A stretch of DNA of 62,686 nt, the filler included. It is 7 parts of 7 records of this genome, joined end to end, with 100 filler letters (N's around TTAATTAATTAA, not from the genome) between each part and the next. Parts side by side here need not be neighbours in the genome. Positions count along the whole stretch, not along the records: positions 48,656 to 57,152 come from DRR723986_10170; positions 57,253 to 62,686 come from DRR723986_10293; 5 more parts are not named here. One strand, 5' to 3'. Shown here piece after piece: positions 54,947-62,686 of the stretch. Under the pieces are notes generated by a model, which worked only from the letters and a program-made list of their open reading frames with translations, did not search any database and was not told where the DNA came from. Numbering within the stretch: the first letter of the stretch is position 1; every line of letters starts with the position of its first letter. The position numbers and the translations under genes are program-made.

Positions 54947-55743
54947 GCCTTGTTGTTCAAACGTCCGGCCAGAAGGCGTTCTACTTCTGTGCGCACTGAA
55001 CGCTCAATTTCTTCGCGGCGCAGCGCCTCTGCGGCACCCGCCAGATTTTGCACCGTTTCCGAAAACTCGCGCAGCGCATTGTTGGTCTGCTCCATCGTAT
55101 TGAGCAGCTGCGGCTGCGGCGCGACCATCTCAGCATTTTGGCGCGAGGTCTCGCGAATCGCTTCAATCAATTGATCCTGGCGTGCCGCCAGGCTGCTGAG
55201 AGTAGCTGTGACGTCATCCACCTGATTCGAGAATGCGGCGTAATCGCTCGAAATCTCACCGATTTCGCGCACAATCTGGTTGAGTTCAGACTCAGAGTCC
55301 GAATCATTCGAGTCTCCAGCCTCTTCGTAGTCATCTGCCGGCGAGAAAAACATGATCACAAATAGCAGAATCAGCAGGCTCGCTTCCAGCGCTATCCCCG
55401 CAACCACAAACTCACTGCCAATAAAGGAGGTGAAGCGGAATGCTCCCACAATCATCAGCAGAAAAGCCGCGCCCAGGTACACCAGCGAGGAAACCGTCGA
55501 AAAGTAAAATCTGTTGACTATTTCCTGCAGCCAGAGGCTGATTCCGGCAAAGACGCCCAGCGGGTGAACTATCGTGATTTTATCCAATCCATAACGCATC
55601 AGATCGCGTTCGCCGATGCAAATGCGCAGGCAGGCCATCAGGACGGCCGAGCTGCCCAGCTGCCGTTCAAAACGCATCTCGCGGTAAATCCTGCGCAGGA
55701 CTTCACGGCCGCGAATTGTTGAGAGAGTCTGTATCTGTTCCAT
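54943..55743 (-). CDS. Two-TM plus coiled-coil protein; putative divergent GldL/PorL-like
   Basis: VYLGAAFLLMIVGAFRF and GIALEASLL resemble the GldL TM1/TM2 pattern (Y..GAA..IVGA.F; G...EA); coiled-coil tail. Confidence 0.6.
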   Translation of the reverse strand: MEQIQTLSTIRGREVLRRIYREMRFERQLGSSAVLMACLRICIGERDLMRYGLDKITIVHPLGVFAGISLWLQEIVNRFYFSTVSSLVYLGAAFLLMIVGAFRFTSFIGSEFVVAGIALEASLLILLFVIMFFSPADDYEEAGDSNDSDSESELNQIVREIGEISSDYAAFSNQVDDVTATLSSLAARQDQLIEAIRETSRQNAEMVAPQPQLLNTMEQTNNALREFSETVQNLAGAAEALRREEIERSVRTEVERLLAGRLNNKA

Positions 55744-55773
55744 GTTCCCCGCTTGCTGAATAGGACCCGCACA

Positions 55774-56856
55774 TCAGGATCGCAATCGGAAGATATTAAA
55801 TAAACCGGCGACTAGAAAGACGATATTGGCCAGCCAACCGCTCAGGATCGGATCCAGCTCCGCTGCATAACCAACTGTTTGCCCAACTTTGGTGAAAACC
55901 AGATACAGAAAGGCTATAAACATGGCCGATGCAATTTCCAGCGCCAGGCCACTTTTGCGCTTCCCGGAAGAAAAGGGCACACCAAAAAGTACCACGATAA
56001 AGTTCGCAAAGGGTAGGGCGTGCTGGCCGTAATAATCGATCCATTCGCGGCGCACATCCTCGCCACCGCGCTCGGCCAGCTCAATGTGATGTTTGAGTTC
56101 TTCAAACGTCAGCTCCGTGCTCTTGCGCTGCATGTTAATAATTTCGTGGGGCGTAATATTTACCGGGGCCGCCAGCGAATCGTGAAAATGGATTTCATTC
56201 GAATCAGCCACAAAACGCCGCTCCACCACATCGTACATCACCCAGCTGTCGGCCGAATCGCTCCAGGTAAACTTGGGCGCCTGAAAACTGTTCGTGATGC
56301 GCGGCTGCTGCTCACTCGTAAACAGCTCAATATTCATGGCACTGCCACGCAGTGAGACGTTGTTGTAATATCCCATACGCACATTCCGCAGCGGCGAATC
56401 GCGGAAATCCAGGCGACTAAACGTTGTTACCGTCTCACCCTTTTTGAGGTACTCGCGTTCGATATCGGTTTTAACGCGGTTCGCGGCAGGCACCACCCAT
56501 CCGTTAAAATAGAGCTGGCCCACGCTCAGCAGCATGCTCAAAAGAATCAACGGCATAATGTAGCGGTAGAGGCTCATCCCCGCCGCTTTCATCGCCGTAA
56601 TTTCATTGCTGTTGGACAGCCGCCCCGTAGTAAACAATGCAGATAGCAGCATCCCCACCGGGAACAAAACCTTCACAATGTCCGGCAGATAATTAATGTA
56701 ATACTTGATAATGATGTTGCCGGGCGTGTCGTGATCAATAAAGTCGTCCATTTTTTCAAACAGACTAACCACAACAAAAACTATGCTCAGCGCGCCAATA
56801 CTAAAGATTAGCGTCGCCAAAAAATTGCGCAGAATGTAGCGATCGATTTTATTCAT
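55774..56856 (-). CDS. lptG: LPS export ABC permease, LptF/LptG family
   Basis: IDRYILRNF, SNEITAMKAAGMSL, WLANIVF. Confidence 0.88.
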   Translation of the reverse strand: MNKIDRYILRNFLATLIFSIGALSIVFVVVSLFEKMDDFIDHDTPGNIIIKYYINYLPDIVKVLFPVGMLLSALFTTGRLSNSNEITAMKAAGMSLYRYIMPLILLSMLLSVGQLYFNGWVVPAANRVKTDIEREYLKKGETVTTFSRLDFRDSPLRNVRMGYYNNVSLRGSAMNIELFTSEQQPRITNSFQAPKFTWSDSADSWVMYDVVERRFVADSNEIHFHDSLAAPVNITPHEIINMQRKSTELTFEELKHHIELAERGGEDVRREWIDYYGQHALPFANFIVVLFGVPFSSGKRKSGLALEIASAMFIAFLYLVFTKVGQTVGYAAELDPILSGWLANIVFLVAGLFNIFRLRS

Positions 56857-57025
56857 TGAGCTTGCGGAATTCGCTGTATGCAGTTTGCCGGACCGGGAAG
56901 TGCCACTGGCGCGCCCTTAAACATCAGGTGGCCAATGTCGGGAATGACGCTAGGCCTGGCGCTGGAATTGTGCATTTGGCTGCATCACCCCAAATTTATG
57001 CTCTGTCCGGCCGGCTTGCACGGAA

Positions 57026-57124
57026 TTGATCATCAGGGTTGATCGTCTCTTTTGATCGTCCCACTTGACCGCCCCCTCTTGACCGCTTTGAGCTCCTCAC
57101 TTCGCAGACTCACTTCGGCACTCA
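57026..57124. repeat. Degenerate tandem repeats with 13-bp period
   Basis: TTGAYCRYY units at 57026, 57039, 57052, 57065, 57079; CTCACTTCG at 57096 and 57109. Confidence 0.65.
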
Positions 57125-57152
57125 GGCTTTTTGATTTTTTTGTTAGTCACTG

Positions 57153-57252
57153 NNNNNNNNNNNNNNNNNNNNNNNNNNNNNNNNNNNNNNNNNNNNTTAA
57201 TTAATTAANNNNNNNNNNNNNNNNNNNNNNNNNNNNNNNNNNNNNNNNNNNN
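57153..57252. other. Artificial contig linker
   Basis: N44-TTAATTAATTAA-N44. Confidence 0.99.
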
Positions 57253-57253
57253 T

Positions 57254-57925
57254 CTGAACGTGATGATGGATGTGGACCGGACCCAAACGCTGGTGACGGC
57301 TGTCATCCGATCCAGTCACAGCGCCGAGATCCGGGCCGTTGCCGCGGATGCCGAGGCGTGGCTTGCGGAAAACGAGCCCGAAATCGCAACCCGCGCCTCG
57401 GGAATCGCCATCGCCTTCGCGCGCATCTCGGAACGCAACAACAGTCAGATGCTGGCGGGGTTCCTGCTGGTTCTGGTGCTGGTGTCGATCACCATGATGG
57501 CCACGCTGCGCAGCCTTCGCTATGGCGCCCTGAGCCTTGTGCCAAACCTGATCCCGGCCATCATGGCATTCGGGTTCTGGGGAATGACGCTTGGGGACTT
57601 GAACCTGGGCTCGACCGTGGTGACGACAATGACCTTCGGCATCGTGGTCGATGACACGGTGCATTTCCTGATGCACTACCTGCGCGGACGCCGCCGGGGA
57701 CTGCACGTGCAGGCCGCGCTGGAGGAAACGTTCGCCGTTGTCGGGTCGGCCATCACGCTGACGTCGGTTGCCTTGATTATCGGCTTCGTTATCATGGCGG
57801 CATCGGGATTTGCGATCAATCAGCATATCGGCCTGCTGACCTCTGTTGTGATCTTCTTTGCGCTCTTGTCCGATCTGTTACTGCTGCCGGCTTTGCTGGC
57901 CTTGTTTCAAGGAAATTCAACATGA
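57254..57925 (+). CDS. MMPL/RND family exporter, C-terminal fragment
   Basis: SLVPNLIP, GIVVDDTVHF, DLLLLPALL. Confidence 0.9.
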   Translation: MNVMMDVDRTQTLVTAVIRSSHSAEIRAVAADAEAWLAENEPEIATRASGIAIAFARISERNNSQMLAGFLLVLVLVSITMMATLRSLRYGALSLVPNLIPAIMAFGFWGMTLGDLNLGSTVVTTMTFGIVVDDTVHFLMHYLRGRRRGLHVQAALEETFAVVGSAITLTSVALIIGFVIMAASGFAINQHIGLLTSVVIFFALLSDLLLLPALLALFQGNST

Positions 57926-58722
57926 GCCTCAATCGTCGTTTTTTTCTGACCTTCGGGCTGTCTTTGCCGCTATTGCCCCTGGCCACCACCGGACGTGCCG
58001 ACACTGCTGAAGAACGCGGGCTTCAGCTTGCAACCGAAGCATCGGACCGTCAGTCCGGCTTTGACGATATCTCGGTTTCCGGTGACATGGTGCTGCGCAC
58101 TGCCAGCGGGCAGGAAGCGACCCGCCGTTTTGACTCCAGCTGGATTACGACCGGCCCGGGAGAGTCGCGCTCGCTGCTGATTTTCCGCTGGCCTGGCGAC
58201 ATTCGGAACACCGCCTTGCTGACCCACGCCTATCGGGGGCAATCGGATGATCAGTGGTTGTTCCTGCCGGCCATGGAACGGGTGCGCCGGATCAGCGGAT
58301 CGGGTCGGTCCGGGTCGTTCGTGGGCAGCGAATTCGCCTTCGAGGATATGGTCGATCAGGAGGTGGACAAGTTCGATCACGTCTGGATCGCCGATGAACG
58401 GCTTGCAGGCAGCGGACCTTGCCATGTCATCGACCGCTTCCCGACGACCAATTCCGGCTACAGCCGTCAACGCATCTGGCTGGACCAGCAGGAATTGCGC
58501 TTGCAGCAGGTTCACTACTTCGATCGGCGGGGCGCGCATCTCAAGACCCTGTCGATCAGCGGCTACAGGCGCTATGCGGGCCGGTTCTGGCGGGCTTCCC
58601 GCATGGAAATGACCAACCATCTGACCGGGGCCAGTACGCTGCTGAACTGGGGAGATTATCAGTTCAATCAGGGCCTTCGGGAAAACGCGTTCACCGTCAA
58701 TGCGCTGCGCCGGATCAACTAG
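57922..58722 (+). CDS. Outer-membrane lipoprotein-sorting (LolA-like) periplasmic protein
   Basis: P.DIRNTALL, DDQWLFLPA..RVRRIS, SFVGSEFAFED, YFDRRG..LK; RRxFL signal. Confidence 0.85.
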   Translation: MSLNRRFFLTFGLSLPLLPLATTGRADTAEERGLQLATEASDRQSGFDDISVSGDMVLRTASGQEATRRFDSSWITTGPGESRSLLIFRWPGDIRNTALLTHAYRGQSDDQWLFLPAMERVRRISGSGRSGSFVGSEFAFEDMVDQEVDKFDHVWIADERLAGSGPCHVIDRFPTTNSGYSRQRIWLDQQELRLQQVHYFDRRGAHLKTLSISGYRRYAGRFWRASRMEMTNHLTGASTLLNWGDYQFNQGLRENAFTVNALRRIN

Positions 58723-58868
58723 AGCACCCGATGATTGGCAGGTATGTTGCGGAAATGGCATTGGGTCGGGCGAAATGGCAAATTGTTGGTGCCCCTGCTA
58801 CCTGACGGACAAGATCTGCGGTATCTAGGGCGCGAAAATCCGGACTCATTCCCGGGGGGGGCGAGGTC

Positions 58869-60221
58869 ATGAAAACATACGCGTTAGCAGGATTGCTTTC
58901 GATCGCAGGCGTGATCCCGTCCTTTGCGGATGGTCAGGAGCTGGATCTGTCTGGCCAGATCAACCTGGGCTTTCGGTATTACACCGAGGATGGGCAGTAT
59001 AGCGGACAGGGACCAGCAGGTTACTATCCGTTCATCGGGATGCAGTTGAATGGTGCAATGGGTGTCGGACCGGGCGAACTGGTGTTTCAGTTCGACGGGC
59101 TGAGCGACGATGCCAATGACCGGTCCGTCTTCAACATCCAGAAGGCCTATTACACCCAGAGCTTCGACAGTTGGGATCTCGTCATCGGCTACAATGTCGA
59201 GGATTGGGGCGTCAGCAGCGGCCGCACAATCGTCAATGTACTGAATGCACGCGACGTCTCTGATCAGGTTGGCAGCAGCGGGCTGATCGGCACGCCGATG
59301 ATCAACGCGAATTTCTTTACCGGAATCGGCACCTTCAGCGCCTATGTTCTGGGCGGAGACGTCAGCAACAACTATGGCGGCCAAGCCACCCGCGAGCGCG
59401 GACCGTTTCCGACCTATGGTGATTTCGCCACCTATCAGAACGACGACGAACTGGATTTCGCGCTGCGCTACAGCAACTATTTCTCCGTCGGCAACGGCTC
59501 ACTCGATTTCGGGCTGTCCTATTACCAAGGCACGAACCGAGAGGCCGTTCGCCTGCCGGGCTGTGTCACGACCTCCGGTCCGGTGACACCGGCTATCTGC
59601 GAACAGATGTCGACCGCGCTTCGCAACGCTTATGAGGCCGGAACGCTCAACCCGACAAGCGTGGGCGAGATTGCCACCGTTCTGATCAATGAATTTGGCA
59701 TTGCGGTGGCCAGCGAAGGCCCTAATGTGCTGGCCCAGGTGCCCTATTATCAGGACATCCAGCAGTTCGGCCTGACGGCGGTCTATGCGCAGGGCAACAC
59801 CCAGTTCCGCTTTGAAGGGTTTGTCAGGGAAACGGATTTCGAACGTTTCACGGCGGGCATCATCGGTGGCGATCACACCTTCTACAACATTGCCGGAGCC
59901 GACGGGACGTTGATCCTGGCGCTGGAATATCACTTTGACGACCGCAGCCTGCTGCAACCCACGACGATCTTCGACGATGATGCCTTTCTGGGGCTGAACT
60001 ACGGTCTGAATGATACCAATGACAGCCGGGTGGAATTCGGCCTGTTCCACGATCTCGACACGTCGGCGCAACTCTATTCGCTGACCCTGTCTCGCCGGAT
60101 CGGGGACCGGATGCGGGCCCAGATCAGCGCCAGCCACGTCGAGGTTGGAAGCCAGCCCGATCCCCTGACGGCACTGGACGGGGACACGTTCTTCGAATTC
60201 ACCCTGTCGACCTTTTTCTAA
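58869..60221 (+). CDS. Putative outer-membrane beta-barrel protein
   Basis: Signal peptide, amphipathic beta strands, C-terminal FEFTLSTFF. Confidence 0.7.
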   Translation: MKTYALAGLLSIAGVIPSFADGQELDLSGQINLGFRYYTEDGQYSGQGPAGYYPFIGMQLNGAMGVGPGELVFQFDGLSDDANDRSVFNIQKAYYTQSFDSWDLVIGYNVEDWGVSSGRTIVNVLNARDVSDQVGSSGLIGTPMINANFFTGIGTFSAYVLGGDVSNNYGGQATRERGPFPTYGDFATYQNDDELDFALRYSNYFSVGNGSLDFGLSYYQGTNREAVRLPGCVTTSGPVTPAICEQMSTALRNAYEAGTLNPTSVGEIATVLINEFGIAVASEGPNVLAQVPYYQDIQQFGLTAVYAQGNTQFRFEGFVRETDFERFTAGIIGGDHTFYNIAGADGTLILALEYHFDDRSLLQPTTIFDDDAFLGLNYGLNDTNDSRVEFGLFHDLDTSAQLYSLTLSRRIGDRMRAQISASHVEVGSQPDPLTALDGDTFFEFTLSTFF

Positions 60222-60248
60222 AGTGCACCAGGGGCGGGACAGGCACGC

Positions 60249-61559
60249 TTGACCAATCCTCGCCTCATCTCGGGTCAAACCGTTGCAACAATGGGGCTGC
60301 GCGCCGCGGGCCTGTTGCTGGGGGCCGCCGTTACGATTGTCATCGCCCGCGTGCTGTCACCGGAACGCTTTGGCGAGTTCGCCTTTGTGTTGTCAGTGGC
60401 GACCATTGCCTCGATCCCCCCGGCAATCGGACTGCGCCAAACGCTGACCCGGCAGACCGCCTATTCCGTTGCGCAAGACGACCGGGCCTCTTTGCCAGGG
60501 CTCTGGCTTTGGGCCATGCAATGGGCTGCTCTCGCAGTGCTGCTTGTGTCCACATCTCTGGCAATCTGGGTCGTTCTATGGGTGGACGCCCCGGACCTGC
60601 GGCGCAATCTGCTGATCGGCCTGTGCATTCTGATCCTTCTGCCGGCCCCGCAGATCTTCGGGGGCATTCTTCATGGATTGGGACGGATCAATCTCAGCCT
60701 CATTCCAGAAGCGGTTCTGAGACCGGTAATCATGCTGGCAATTGTTGCGGGCCTTGTGACGATCATAGGGCAGGGTGCTGTGACGGTGCCGATGCTGCTT
60801 GTGGGCCTCGCCTGTGCAATCGCAATTGACGCGCTTGTGGGCGCGGCGCTGTTTCGGCGGATCACCGGCTTTCGCATTGCCAAGGCAATGGCATCCGAAC
60901 GGGTGAGCAACGGCCCTGCGCTGCGATGGTCTGCGCTGTCATTCGGGGCGATCACCGGCGTACATGTGATCAACAGCAATCTCGATGTCGTGATGATCGG
61001 ACTTCTGGCCGGGGATCTTCAAACCGGTCTTTACCGGGCGGCGTCCGTGGTGTCTGACCTTGTGGTCTTCGGTTTGGGCGTGGTCAATTTCGTGATCCTG
61101 CCGCGCGTTGCCGGCCTTCATGCGGTCGGGGACCGGCAGGCGCTTCAGACGTTGGTCACCGCCAGCACCCGGATCATCACTGCGCTGGCGCTCGGCGGAT
61201 TCGTCTTGATCGCGGGGTTTGGATCCGTTCTTCTGGCATTGCTGTATGGTGACGGGTTTTCCGAGGGGTACAGCGTGCTGCTGATCCTTGCACTCGGGCA
61301 GCTTGCCAATGCCCTGTTCGGGCCTGTGGCGCTGTTGCTGAACATGACCGGCAACGAAAAGTTGACCCTGATCGGCGTAAGCCTTTCGGTCGTGATCAAT
61401 GCCGGTCTCAATGTGCTGCTGATCCCGCGGTTCGGAATAGAGGGCGCCGCCACGGCAACAGCCGCAACACTGATCATCTGGAACCTGATGCTGGCCGTGC
61501 TGCTGAAAAGGCGGGTCGGCTATCACAGCACGATCCTGGGGCCACGATTGCCGCTTTAG
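60249..61559 (+). CDS. Oligosaccharide flippase (Wzx/MATE-like)
   Basis: ARVLSPERFGEF, D.VMIG.L...TGLYRAA, LNVLLIPRFGIEGAA. Confidence 0.88.
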   Translation: MTNPRLISGQTVATMGLRAAGLLLGAAVTIVIARVLSPERFGEFAFVLSVATIASIPPAIGLRQTLTRQTAYSVAQDDRASLPGLWLWAMQWAALAVLLVSTSLAIWVVLWVDAPDLRRNLLIGLCILILLPAPQIFGGILHGLGRINLSLIPEAVLRPVIMLAIVAGLVTIIGQGAVTVPMLLVGLACAIAIDALVGAALFRRITGFRIAKAMASERVSNGPALRWSALSFGAITGVHVINSNLDVVMIGLLAGDLQTGLYRAASVVSDLVVFGLGVVNFVILPRVAGLHAVGDRQALQTLVTASTRIITALALGGFVLIAGFGSVLLALLYGDGFSEGYSVLLILALGQLANALFGPVALLLNMTGNEKLTLIGVSLSVVINAGLNVLLIPRFGIEGAATATAATLIIWNLMLAVLLKRRVGYHSTILGPRLPL

Positions 61560-61873
61560 GTGCATGGCCGTTTAGCGCTCGTTTCGGGCCAAGGGCACCG
61601 AGTGACGCGGCAGGACCGAAGCCGCGTGGTTTCCGAAAAAACAGGCACCATTTTTGAGCGTCTCATTCCCGAAACACCCGACGCCCGAAAGACCGCGCAA
61701 ATGAAATTTAACTTATTGAAGTTGAATTATAAATTCGTTCTTCACAACCGAGATCCCAACCTCTCCCGTGCAACTACCTGCGGCTGCTCAGGTCAGAGTT
61801 GTCCCTTCGTTGCTTCCAAATTCCCGAAGAAGTTGCTACGCCCGCCCGCGAGCGCCCCGCGTGAGGATCAGGC

Positions 61874-62686
61874 ATGACGACGATAAAGTTTTACAACACC
61901 CGAACCCGCAGGAAAGAGGTCTTCGAGCCGATTGATGCCGACAATGTGCGCATGTATGTCTGTGGACCCACGGTCTACGACCGCGCCCATATCGGAAACG
62001 CGCGGGCGGCCGTGGTGTTTGATGTCGTCTTTCGTCTGCTGCGCCATGTCTATGGGGCAGATCACGTAACCTATGTGCGCAATTTCACCGACGTGGATGA
62101 CAAGATCAATGCCAAGGCGTCGGAAACCGGGCGACCGATCTCAGACATCACGGCGGAAACGACGCAATGGTATCTCGACGATATGGGGGCCCTGGGCGTG
62201 ATGGAGCCCAACCAGATGCCCCGCGCCACGCAGTATATCAGCCAAATGGTCACGATGATCGAGACGCTGATTGCCAGGGGGCATGCCTATGCGGCGGATG
62301 GGCATGTGCTGTTCTCGGTGAAAAGCTATGACGGCTACGGCGCATTGTCGGGACGGTCGGTCGATGACATGATCGCCGGCGCGCGGGTCGAGGTTGCCCC
62401 CTACAAGCGCGACCCAATGGATTTCGTGCTGTGGAAGCCCTCGTCTGACGATCTGCCGGGATGGGACTCGCCTTGGGGCCGGGGGCGGCCCGGCTGGCAT
62501 ATAGAATGCTCTGCCATGGCCTATGAACTGCTTGGCGACACGTTCGACATCCACGGCGGTGGCAACGACCTGATGTTCCCGCATCACGAGAATGAACTGG
62601 CGCAAAGCTGCTGCGCGCATCCTGAGGGCGGTTTCGCTCGGGTCTGGCTGCACAATGAGATGTTGCAGGTCGAGGGCAAGAAGATG
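61874..62686 (+). CDS. cysS: Cysteine-tRNA ligase, 3'-truncated (absent from the ORF track because it has no stop)
   Basis: MTTIKFYNT...[52 protein letters not shown]; ends at KM of KMSKS. Confidence 0.96.
   Translation, partial: MTTIKFYNTRTRRKEVFEPIDADNVRMYVCGPTVYDRAHIGNARAAVVFDVVFRLLRHVYGADHVTYVRNFTDVDDKINAKASETGRPISDITAETTQWYLDDMGALGVMEPNQMPRATQYISQMVTMIETLIARGHAYAADGHVLFSVKSYDGYGALSGRSVDDMIAGARVEVAPYKRDPMDFVLWKPSSDDLPGWDSPWGRGRPGWHIECSAMAYELLGDTFDIHGGGNDLMFPHHENELAQSCCAHPEGGFARVWLHNEMLQVEGKKM

Overview
The window is not one locus. It is seven contigs joined by six 100-nt artificial linkers (N44-TTAATTAATTAA-N44). Contig 1 (1-9529) and contig 6 (48656-57152) are ~50% GC and look like the same or related FCB-group bacteria (Bacteroidota/Chlorobiota/Kapabacteria-like; inferred from a T9SS-type tail, GldL/M-like genes and a TAnnTTTG promoter). 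Contigs 2, 4 and 7 look like Rhodobacteraceae, contig 3 like Hyphomonadaceae (nuoLMN-birA-coaX-rnj-mce-proS-lolCD-dnaE-rpsB), and contig 5 like Marinobacter (ABC transporter, DUF6160 protein, nrdJ). Best candidate for an undescribed system: two tandem Met/Cys-rich leader peptides upstream of metY-metX-hom (5120-5614). Each has its own intrinsic terminator and a perfectly complementary antiterminator, which suggests a double ribosome-dependent attenuator sensing sulfur amino acids. Other leads: a stand-alone divergent GldL/GldM-like motor pair, two paralogous Cys-rich secreted proteins flanking an Asp-box/T9SS-tail protein, a ~270-nt structured element shared by the starts of contigs 1 and 6, a 13-bp-period repeat array, and an MMPL/LolA-like/beta-barrel/flippase export cluster. 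All protein calls are from motif recognition; no database search was run.
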